DNA of 63,544 nt, filler included, from Lenisia limosa (lineage: Eukaryota > Protista > Breviatea): NCBI GenBank assembly GCA_001655205.1. It is 13 parts of 13 records of this genome, joined end to end, with 100 filler letters (N's around TTAATTAATTAA, not from the genome) between each part and the next. Parts side by side here need not be neighbours in the genome. Positions count along the whole stretch, not along the records: positions 44,175 to 50,861 come from LPNZ01004170.1; positions 50,962 to 55,553 come from LPNZ01006020.1; positions 55,654 to 59,826 come from LPNZ01007633.1; positions 59,927 to 63,544 come from LPNZ01003713.1; 9 more parts are not named here. One strand, given 5' to 3'. A program made the translations under genes and the position numbers. Positions 50,405 through 61,723 of the stretch are shown here, in pieces. The notes below the pieces were generated by a model, which had not been told where the DNA came from, searched no databases, and saw only the letters and a list, made by a program, of their open reading frames with translations. Positions within the stretch are counted from its first letter, which is position 1. Each line of letters opens with the position of its first letter.

Positions 50405-50840
50405 CCACAGTTTTCCTATCAGCCCCATGGAATTGACGGTCGGAGAAGTTGGATTTTCGGATCTTCATCGGACGGGTACCACAATACTGAGGGGAGAGTG
50501 AAGTGCTGTTTTTGAGTGGAAACAAAAGAGAGAACAAACTAAAGACCAGTTTTTTTATTATTATTATTGTTACTAGTAATAATACCAATAAAAAGCCATG
50601 AAATAGTAATAATCCATAATTATCTCGCAACATCTGAACAAAAAAAAATGAAGAGACAAAACAAGACGACAAAAAAAACATGAACAATCCCAAACCAAAA
50701 CAAAATATGATTTTGAAGGTGCACAAACATGCCCCAACCTTGCCGTTCATGTTCTTGAAAGCCTCTATGTACTCCCGCCGGTCGTGGAAGCAGACAAAGC
50801 CGTAGCCCCTGCAGCCACGGGTACGAGGGTCTCGCACAAC
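50405..50840 (-). CDS. RBM42: RRM protein, RBM42-like, C-terminal RRM part
   Basis: VVRDPRTRGCRGYGFVCFHDRREYIEAFKNMNGK | YCGTRPMKIRKSNFSDR parallels the RBM42 RRM (KVIRDKRTGKTKGYGFVSF...MREMNGKYVGSRPIKLRKS). Confidence 0.75.
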
Positions 50841-51619
50841 CTGGGGAGGGGGGGGGGTAAANNNNNNNNNNNNNNNNNNNNNNNNNNNNNNNNNNNNNNN
50901 NNNNNTTAATTAATTAANNNNNNNNNNNNNNNNNNNNNNNNNNNNNNNNNNNNNNNNNNNNTCGGGAAGAAGTTGACTCCAAGTTCAGCCCCACATTGTT
51001 GACAGTGTCTGTAATGTTACTAGTGTAAATAGTGCAAATAATGTAAATAATTTGAGTAAAAAAGTGAAATAATGCAAACAGTATTTGAAAAACACTTGAA
51101 CATACAAAAAATGGGAAACGAGTAAGCCTCCCCAAACCTCCAGTCGTGTTTTCAGAGAATCCAATGGATGACGACTTATTGCTTGAAATATACTAGAGAA
51201 ATGATAAAACGTTACATGCAGTACTAATGATATGATCATATGACTGACTTTCTGGAAACATGAGCGTTCGTCCCAAGTGTATCAGAGAATTGTTGGTCAA
51301 TTATTACAAATTTCAATCTGAAGTAACATATTACTAAAGCTTCACTTCCGGTTCTCGGTTCTCAGATTTTTGGCAACCACATAACTATGGGTTCCCTACG
51401 GTCCAAAAAAGACCGTTACAATATAGATATTTATTGAAGATTTATCGAGAAATTCAGTCATTTTTCGAACCGCACGGAAACCCAACATACACCGTGNNNN
51501 NNNNNNNNNNNNNNNNNNNNNNNNNNNNNNNNNNNNNNNNNNNNNNNNNNNNNNNNNNNNNNNNNNNNNNNNNNNNNNNNNNNNNNNNNNNNNNNNNNNN
51601 NNNNNNNNNNNNNNNNNNN

Positions 51620-54600
51620 TGAATGCAGAGATGGAGCCTTTTTAGACCCGGCATGGGAGTTGGGACTTGCCTCCTCACGTTCTTCGTCATTGTCGTTGTC
51701 ATCTTCAAGAAGCTGGAAAATATAAGAAGGGGGGTAATTTGTGTAATTGACTTTAAGAAAAGGTGTCAACATTATTATTAGGGCTTTGCGCAACTAATTT
51801 TTTGAAGAAATTAAGTGACAAAATTTGAAATTTAAGTGTCTAAAATGGAGTTCCCATGCCAATGTATCCAACTTTAAATTTTGCACTAATTCTCAGTAAA
51901 CTGCACGAAGTCTGAAATACTACAATCAAGCTGGCAAGTATCATTGCTATCATTATTAGGGCTTCACTTCGGTAAGAAAAAGTTTTCGAGGATTTATCGA
52001 GAAATTCAGACATTTTTCAAACCGAAGTGAAGCCCTACATCATAATGAAGATGGCATCACTATTATCTCATCTCTCTAGTTATCATCATTATCATTGTCA
52101 TCTTAAAGAAGCTGGGAGGAGGGTCATTTCATTTGCGTAAAAACTTTGTGCACACATCATTATGAATTACGTCCCCTCCCAAAGTAATATACTTTCTAAC
52201 CCCTCCCTCCTCCCATATTAAAATATAGGGCTTCACATAAGATTTACAAAAGGACAATAAATTTTTGATAAACCCTGAAAAGAAGATCAATTTTTTTCTT
52301 TTAGAACTGAAAGTAAAGCTCGAATGAATCAAAGCCCTCCCCAAAAACCTGACTAGCGTAATTGAAGCAATCTTCAGCCAAAGTGGTATCGTCACAAATT
52401 TGCTGGGGTTGATTACAGGAATTAAACGTGAAAATTCGTGAAAAGGGAAAGGGAGGGAGAACGAGTATAATTGAAACATTTCTCACAAAAACAACCCAAA
52501 AGCAAGACTGTTATCTAGTAACACGTAGCAAATGAAACAGGACAAAATTGATTTTTACTGCGTTTTACTATGTAGGCCACCAAAAAAAACTGCTTACCTC
52601 AAGAAACGTACCGTAAGCTTGGTAGGTTGTGGCTGAGGAAGGATGGTCAGAGATAAGACTCTAAAGTGGTCAAATTCAGTGGAAGGAAGGGTAGCACATA
52701 TTATATATTATTAATACCCCAATTCTGGCAAATTGTACCCCTCGTATCCCTATGTATTTATTTGTTTCCCAAGATTTTTATTGTATATTTTATTTCTCTT
52801 GAACAAAAAAGTATCTTGAAATGTTTTCCCAGGTACCTCAAACATGCCCTTCGTTTTGTTTTTGATCGATTCAATTTGACGAGCAACTAAATAGTTACAT
52901 ATCAAATATCATATGCTCAAGATTCAAAATGAAGTCGTTAATTGAAAATAATGTTGCTGTTTCAATTTGACAAGTAACTAAATATTTTTAGTATATGATA
53001 TGACAAAATGTACAGTGCGCGCGATAAGTCCTGACACCTATAATAACAGACTTAGGTGTGAGAAGATTATTCCAGAAGTTACAAACAATCCAAAAAAAAT
53101 TTCATTATAGGGCAACACAAAACTATAAAAACACAGTATTCCCACTATGAAAAATACTCCATTTCCCACCCACTCTGGGGTAGCGCATCAACATTGGGCA
53201 TGGGCATAAGGAGAAGATCCCAGAAGATCCGGAGTTTAACAAGGGCTGCTTGATGCAACGAAATAGCCGCACGTAACCGTTTCTGGAACTCCTGACTTCC
53301 CTCACCTATGGGGGGGGGGGAATAAAAATGAGTAAAAATGAAATTTTAAATTGTTTTTTTTTAAAAAAACAAACCAATTTGTAAGTGGGTTGGGGGATAT
53401 GGACGGTGCTGTGTCCCATTAACATACCGAGAGAAACAGCAAGCCAATGCATCCGAAGGGCTTTTGCTAGAACGTTAGAGGTCAAGTAATGAGCAAGCTT
53501 TACGTGGAAGCCAAGTAAATAACCTAACATGGTTATCTAATGCCCAGCTTCAATTATAATCCAATATCTGTGAAATATACCAACGCCCCGCCCCCGTAAC
53601 ATATGAACACACCCCCACTCCCTATGGTATCCCCCCACCAGCGTGAATTGCAATCGTGCGGTCCGGGGAAAGAGATAAACGGTGACTGTTTCGAGTGAAC
53701 CTCTGAACGAGGCGTAGCGCGTGGGCATTGTTACGTGACCCAACAACCTTCATTGTCAATTAAAATTGCTTAACTTGAATCAACTTTTATCTCCATAAGA
53801 CAACTATAAACGTTAAAATTGATTTTAATCTAAATAATGCAATTAAATACCTATAACTTGATTCTGTCATAACTATCATACGTAAATATCCACCTCACAC
53901 ATAAAAAAGAGATTACACTTCGCCAGCTCTAATTATTTTTGCATAGTTTGTTTCCCCTTCTTTATATAAATAAACGTTTTTTTAAAAAAGACGCATCTCT
54001 CCCAGAGAGTGTGCTATGGGTTATACTTATTCCAGATTTACCCCCCACCCACAAAGAAGAGCAGATCGCCCCCACCCGAACACAAACAAAAACAAAAAAA
54101 GATATTGTGACAAAAGCCACCCCAAACCAAGAAAAAGAGATAGCACGCCAAAATCCGGGAGTGAAAAGGGTTCTCAGCAACCGCCCTTTGGAACAATGTA
54201 TCTGCCTGGGGGGGGGGGGGGNNNNNNNNNNNNNNNNNNNNNNNNNNNNNNNNNNNNNNNNNNNNNNNNNNNNNNNNNNNNNNNNNNNNNNNNNNNNNNN
54301 NNNNNNNNNNNNNNNNNNNNNNNNNNNNNNNNNNNNTGGCTGTTTGTGAAGAAAATTGCGTTAAAGAAAATTATCCAAAAAAACAACATAGTATAATATA
54401 TATATATATATAAATCATGCATACTACATTTAATGTATTTATTTATTTCTCTGTATTATTTCTCTGTATTATTTCTCTGTATTATTTCTCTGTATTATTT
54501 CTCTGTAAGATATAATGCACAGAATCAACCCCTAATAAAAAAACTTTCACCACCACCCCTCACCATAAAAATGGCTTTTTGGCTTGAGTCATGTAGCCAG

Positions 54601-55060
54601 CATCTTGCCGCCACTTCGTAGTCCGAAATCCAGAAGAATGTCACCATAGTGCCCTAGAAAATTGAATTAAAATTTGTTATCATTTAATTCAGTGATGTGG
54701 GCATATTACAAATTTGATACACCAGACTGTTTACTTGAATAACTGGCTCGAGCTTGGTTGGGTTTTTGTGTTACTGTCATCTGATTTTTGTCTAGTTTTA
54801 GCGTAGGTTGCTTGTGTTTGTTATTGCTCGTTTTTTATTTGTTTTTTTGTTTGGAGCTTCAGATTATTCAGTTCGTGATTAATACTTTACGCCAATATTC
54901 TTCGTCGAAATTTCCTTCGTTTTACTTCTACCCCACACTACGTCGCATGTACTTGGGATTCCCTTGTTGTTTTATGGCAATCTCATAAATTTCTTCAAGG
55001 GCTATCGGAATTCCCAAGTTTTTCGCAAGTATTTCCAAGTCGATGCGCTAAAGCATCCCC
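51620..55060 (-). CDS. TmcB/TmcC-like protein (helical TPR-like region), partial
   Basis: Exons RLRAAISLHQAALVKLRIFWDLLL / LVARQIESIKNKTKGMFE / LISDHPSSATTYQAYGTFLE / QICDDTTLAEDCFNYASQ / LLEDDND fit the remembered TmcB pattern (FW..L ... L...P.S....YA.FL..V.ND...A). Confidence 0.6.
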
Positions 55061-55907
55061 CTCTAACAAACCTTATCTTGCTTAGAGACACAGGGGAGTT
55101 TACTGACTTTTGAGAAAATGTAACAGTAGCGCAGCTCTAAAATCAGTAATATAGGGTAATGTTATACCTAGAGCTTCACTTTCGGTTACGAAAAACCTGT
55201 AAAATATCGATATTTATCGAGGATTTATCGAGAATTCAGTCTTTTTTGGAACTGAAAGTGAAGCTCTAGATATAGTCTACCATTTTGAATAATACAAACT
55301 ATACCCTTTCTCATATAGTACATCATATATCTTTGTACACCCCACAAATCATAAAATTATTATAAGATAGTATATTATACACCCCTAACACCCCCTTGAC
55401 ATCCCTCTCTACATATATATATTCTAAAATATACTGCCCTGGATATATCTTGACCGATTTGCTCAATAATTTTCCAAGGAAAATGGGTCAAGACTCATCA
55501 GAGCTGCAACCCCTAAATCCCTCAATATTCAATCACATAACCCCCCAATACGGNNNNNNNNNNNNNNNNNNNNNNNNNNNNNNNNNNNNNNNNNNNNTTA
55601 ATTAATTAANNNNNNNNNNNNNNNNNNNNNNNNNNNNNNNNNNNNNNNNNNNNGTCCCTAAGCAACACGCTAAGGCTTTTGGTGTCACAAACAATAAGGG
55701 TAGGGGGTCCCTAAGCAACACGCTAAGGCTTTTGGTGTCACGGGTTAGTGACAGTTGGGGGAGGTGTAAACATAATGTAGCCTTGATTCCTATTTGGCCG
55801 ATGACCTTCTTACCACAACCTTTTGACGTGATACCCCCTCTTAGTTGTTTTTGGATTTGTTTTTCATAAATTTTTAATTTTACGCCTATCCCCCCTTTAC
55901 TGTATAG

Positions 55908-58900
55908 GAACTCTGCTTGGAGGAGAAACACAGATGGCGGAATTTGCCTTCCATCCAATTTCGAAATACAAGTNNNNNNNNNNNNNNNNNNNNNNNNNNN
56001 NNNNNNNNNNNNNNNNNNNNNNNNNNNNNNNNNNNNNNNNNNNNNNNNNNNNNNNNNNNNNNNNNNNNNNNNNNNNNNNNNNNNNNNNNNNNNNNNNNNN
56101 NNNNNNNNNNNNNNNNNNNNNNNNNNNNNNNNNNTGAATATCTTGATAAATCCTAGATAAATATCGAGAATTCAACGGTCTTGTCGGACCGTAGGGAAAT
56201 ACAAGGGAGGGAGGGGAGAGGGGCAGATAACCCTTGAGATTATGGGAGATATTAAATCTATATCTGATACATATATGTTTGTTTATTGATTTTTATTTAC
56301 CCCCCTTATGCTGGAGTAATGGNNNNNNNNNNNNNNNNNNNNNNNNNNNNNNNNNNNNNNNNNNNNNNNNNNNNNNNNNNNNNGGTTTTTCGTGGCCATG
56401 GATGGATTTATTGTGGACTCTGTGCAACTAATTGAAAAATATTGCAAAATTTGAAGTGCGACATATTGTAGTGGCAACGATTTCATACACTTTAATTTAA
56501 ATTATGTCAATTTCTTCAAATAATTAATTGCACTGAGCCCTACTTTATTTTAACACGTGTGAGCGGTCGCACTGAGTCACCATTGCTTATTTTTTTAACA
56601 AGAGAAATGATATACATTAGAAATCTAAGGAAACAAATAAATACATAGGGATACCATGGACAATTTACCATACTCCAGCGCCCACGCTCGTCAACTTTGC
56701 CATTCTTGACAACATCCCATTCATTACTAATCCCTAACCCCCAGGATCTGCTTGTTGATTTAGTGGGAGAATCCGTGAAATCCTGGGTGGAGGTTTCCCC
56801 TAAGAGTATTGACTTCGGCCCTCTTTGTCTCGGCACTTTCGTCAAGAAGACAGTGAGGGGCTCATTTGAGACCCACAATAAATAACATCCTGGAATACAC
56901 CCTAATATAATATGGCAAAGGGAAATAAAAAAAAGGCTGTAATCCGTCCACACCCTCACACTTGTAAGAGTATATTGGATTATAGTATAATATTTTTTTT
57001 CATCGGAAAACCTTCAAACAAAACCACTTTGATACATACCTTTATCATGACGTGCACCCCATATTGCTTACGCTCTAGATCAACATCTTCAACCCTGGTG
57101 CTTCAGCCCTGTCTTACATCGTATGAGGGGGCAGTTTGACTTTTGAAAAGAAACATCGTTCTAAACCCCTTGAATGCATCCCCCCCCCCCCATGCGGNNN
57201 NNNNNNNNNNNNNNNNNNNNNNNNNNNNNNNNNNNNNNNNNNNNNNNNNNNNNNNNNNNNNNNNNNNNNNNNNNNNNNNNNNNNNNNNNNNNNNNNNNNN
57301 NNNNNNNNNNNNNNNNNNNNNNNAGCTTTTTGTTTCATTTATTTTTACTCTCCCCGACCCCCATGAACTGATATGGCTTCACTTCGGGTCGAAAAAGGAC
57401 ATAATTTCTCGATAAATCTTTTTCATACCAAAGTGATCTAATCACTGACCATACAGATGCGGTCGTCTTTGGATGAGGAAGAATTCCTAATGGCAGAATT
57501 CAAGAACAGATGTAGGCTTCGGGGGGGGCTGTGACGATTGTCTGTTCTTGCATATTGAGCCAAAGACATCCCCTTTTTCCCCCAACGTTTCATTGCTTAA
57601 GGCAATGTGAACGGCCGCGAAGTTTCCCCCAAACCGTCCCTGGAATTCTCAGCTCCAGAGGGAGAAGTCCCTGCTCACGGCCACCTTCAAATTCAAGCCA
57701 TTTTCAGGCCACTTGGACATGGACAGCATAACTTCAAGTGGGTAGACTGTTTCATTTAGGTGTTGCTTTGACAAGGGTTCTACTATTAAACAACAGAATC
57801 AGCGTTTCTTGACAACTATATATATTTTGGGCTTCTTTTGATTTTTTCTTAAAATCAATTTCCTTCGTTTACCCCCCCCCCGCTAACAGTGTTGGTTTTG
57901 GGCTTTTCTTTTCTTTTCTTTTAAATCTCCTTCGTTACCCCCCCCCCCAGGGTGTGGCTTGAACTTGCCGGCTCCGGCGGCATGGTTGCGGGTGACGAGC
58001 TCGTCGTTTTCGACGACATTAAGGGCCTGGGTGTTACCCCTGTAATTCAGGTCAGGGGGGGGCTCCCGTATTCGCCCGACATACACACTGACCGCGATAA
58101 GTCCGGTATTGAGCTTATCTTGAGTCAATCGTGTCAGAACTTACCATCCCGTTAAAACCCTATATCTTCATTTTAATTTCCTTTGTTTCACCCCTCCTCC
58201 CCCCAGGTTACGGACGTTGACTCATGTGGCGTAACTCGACGCGAACTTTGGAGCGAATGGCGCGTTAACGACCTTAATGACACCCTCCGTGCTATTCCAA
58301 CTTCGTGGGGGGGGGGNNNNNNNNNNNNNNNNNNNNNNNNNNNNNNNNNNNNNNNNNNNNNNNNNNNNNNNNNNNNNNNNNNNNNNNNNNNNNNNNNNNN
58401 NNNNNNNNNNNNNNNNNNNNNNNNNNNNNNNNNNNNNNNNNNNNNNNNNNNNNNNNNNNNNNNNNNNNNNNNNNNNNNNNNNNNNNNNNNNNNNNNNNNN
58501 NNNNNNNNNNNNNNNNNNNNNNNNNNNNNNNNNNNNNNNNNNNNNNNNNNNNNNNNNNNNNNNNNNNNNNNNNNNNNNNNNNNNNNNNNNNNNNNNNNNN
58601 NNNNNNNNNNNNNGAGGATTTATCGAGAAATTCAATATTAAGATCTTGTTAGGATTATACTGCAAATTGCCAGTTTTAAATTTGTGATTACTTTTGATTG
58701 TAACGCTATAGACCCGGATGAGGATGACCAACACGGGACTGGTCAAGGCTCATGTCAACTTCCGATTTCCTAATGACCTTGAGGTGAGCATCATGCCGTT
58801 TTGTAGGGAATATTCTTGTAAAAGTGAAGATGGTTGAATCGCAATAAATGGACTTGAACTCACCCCCCCCCCCCTTAGGTTGACTTGGATTCCTGGGCAG

Positions 58901-59446
58901 AGGCTGAGTTAATTGCTAGTTCTCCGGACGATGAGGAAAGCACTGAAGAGAGAGNNNNNNNNNNNNNNNNNNNNNNNNNNNNNNNNNNNNNNNNNNNNNN
59001 NNNNNNNNNNNNNNNNNNNNNNNNNNNNNNNNNNNNNNNNNNNNNNNNNNNNNNNNNNNNNNNNNNNNNNNNNNNNNNNNNNNNNNNNNATGATTACAAC
59101 ACAACAAAGCCCAAACATCGTATTCAGAGTACCCCTTCACAGACCTTTTTTGTTTTTTTCACCCCTCCGCCAGAATCGCCTTATTGATGAGTGTGTGTTC
59201 GACGTTCAGCCGCGGGAGTCCCTTCTTTTACCGGGAGAATCCACAACCGTTACGCTGACATACAGGCCTAATGATACAGGGGTGCACACCTTGCCGGTCG
59301 TTTGTGAAGTGGGGGATGGGGTAATTATCTATAATAACCCACCCATTTTGTATTGATAATTGATGGTTTTGTGGTTTATTCTGACACCCAGGTTACACGA
59401 GGCAAGCCCGTAGTGTTTAACCTCTCCGGTGCCACCGTCACCCCAG
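55908..59446 (+). CDS. CFAP65: Cilia- and flagella-associated protein 65 (CCDC108)-like, internal fragment with ASH/Ig-like repeats
   Basis: VEVSPKSIDFGPLCLGTFVKKT / INIFNPGASALSY / EGEVPAHGHLQIQAIFRP / VTDVDSCGVTRRELWSEWRVNDLNDTL / MTNTGLVKAHVNFRFPNDLE / VDLDSWAE / FDVQPRESLLLPGESTTVTLTYRPNDTGVHTLPVV. Confidence 0.72.
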
Positions 59447-60121
59447 GTTGGATAATATATTACTATTGGAATAGAATGCTGGGGAGGCACGCAGAAAGCT
59501 GTGTGCACAGAGTTGTTAGGCAAATAATTGAGTGGTTACTATTATATTTTACTATAATCCAATATCTCTTAAAAGCGTGATGGTGTTCACAGCTTCGGCC
59601 AGATACAACCTTATTTTTTATTTCTCATTACTATACCTGGGTATAGGGGGGTTATACATATCATATAGTATACATGTATATGTCTGTCCATACAGGGGTA
59701 TGGAGGGGTATGGCGGCGATTTTCTTCACAGATTACCCTCCCCGTGGGGCCCAGATTCACATCCCAACAGGGTTGATTTGCGGTATTATTTTTTTGTTTG
59801 TTTGATTAGTTTTCCACTTTATGTACNNNNNNNNNNNNNNNNNNNNNNNNNNNNNNNNNNNNNNNNNNNNTTAATTAATTAANNNNNNNNNNNNNNNNNN
59901 NNNNNNNNNNNNNNNNNNNNNNNNNNTTTACGAGCAAGGCTCCCAAAATAATAATATGGCTGTGTACGACGCTTTGAAACTGTTTTTGGACTAAGGCTGA
60001 TAAAATTAACACCCGTTGCCGCATAACTTTTATTTTCATATCAAGGTCTCAAAACAATAATAGTATATCAAATACCTATGTTTCCAACATAGTGAACTGG
60101 CCTGTCCTCAAAGCTGCCTAC

Positions 60122-61723
60122 CTGTCTGGAGTGGCTTTCGTGCTCCTCACCGGTCGGATCTTCGTCAAGCTACGTACAATAAAATATGAGCTTTCGGTTG
60201 AAATTTCAACTTTATCAACCATCATGGTTTTTTTGATTATTTCGAAACACTAAGATCTTAAATGTGGGCATTGTAAAAAACCCCGAAAAGAGTAAAAGCA
60301 TGGTAATGGTTCGGAATAAGAACGGTATCAAATCTAGATATCTGTAGCATGGGCAAATAGGGTCAAGGTCAAAAAGATGATGAGGGGGAAATGCCAAGTT
60401 AAATGGGGAATATATAAGTGACAGACTACGTATGACTCTCTCAACTCCATTGGATCAAAACAAGGCAATTTGAAGCGGAGAGCCACACCGCCCATGTCAT
60501 TTATAAGAAAGAAGTAAAGAGGGAGATGGGAAGTCCAAAGTCGATACCGCTCAATATGTATCAAGGTGGAATCCCTCCCATCCACACCACCCTTCGAAGA
60601 GATATCGTATTGGAGGGAAAACACAGAATCTTGTATTAGGGCATTTGATTATTGAAATCGAATTCAAGATCGGGGTGTTTGATGTTTCATAGTACTAGCC
60701 TCCCCTGAATCCGGCATTAATCAAGGATTAATAAAAAACCAACGTGTCCATTTAGCATGCCTCCCCCCCCCCCCNNNNNNNNNNNNNNNNNNNNNNNNNN
60801 NNNNNNNNNNNNNNNNNNNNNNNNNNNNNNNNNNNNNNNNNNNNNNNNNNNNNNNNNNNNNNNNNNNNNNNGAAGCCATTATCCACACCACACATGTCGT
60901 AGACCACGGTTGAGGACTAGAACGCCGTCAAACATGAATCAAGGATCTTGGAACTGAACTGAATGCGAGGTCGAAATCCGACTCTTCTCCACGACAAAAG
61001 CCTCATAATTCATTGTACTCATGTAACTTGGACAGGGAGGGTGGAGAAGGGGGAAAGAAAGAACAAACGAATAAAAGCTCGTTACGCAGTGGCCCAAAAC
61101 CAACTTTGTGAGCCTCAAGCGGGGATGATACAGTAAGGTTAGCTTCTGAATCACGGTTCATGACGTAAACGTACTTAGTCTTCTCAATAGCAGCTAAACA
61201 AATGGTCAACTTTCTTCGTTCTTTAAACCATTCTTACCAGTCATAATAGCACGACCTTTAGGGTCAACAGCCAGATATTCGCCAGCAGCGAGACGGCGAC
61301 ATCCTGTTTTGCCCAAGGTCTCCTCCTGGAGCTTCTCAAACACGTTACGCTCTCCATCGAACTGAAGAACAACGAATTTCCCTGAAGAATAGCAATTAGA
61401 ACCGCGCCGAAATTTAGTGAAGATTCCATACCTGAGTCTGAGGCAAGAACAATGAGATCACGGTTAGTTCCAGTGAGACGGAAGGGGGAAATCTTTCTAA
61501 TCACACCAAAGACGTCAGTTGAAGCAAGCTGTTCCATTTTACCAGTCTCGTCATTTGTGCGGTAAATAATCAAAGCCTAATAGATATTATATAAATATAA
61601 CCAGTAACCAACCTTTCCTTTGTGTGCAACGATTTCTTGAGCCTTAGGAGCTGAAAAACTACCATAGCAAGCCTGATAGATCGTACCTCCGTCCTGGAGA
61701 GTTGTACTGTACAACTGGACCAT
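60122..61723 (-). CDS. SF3B3: Splicing factor 3B subunit 3 (SF3b130/Rse1), N-terminal part
   Basis: [37 protein letters not shown] / ...[30 protein letters not shown] / [23 protein letters not shown] / [29 protein letters not shown] / [11 protein letters not shown] / DEDPTGE. Confidence 0.95.
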
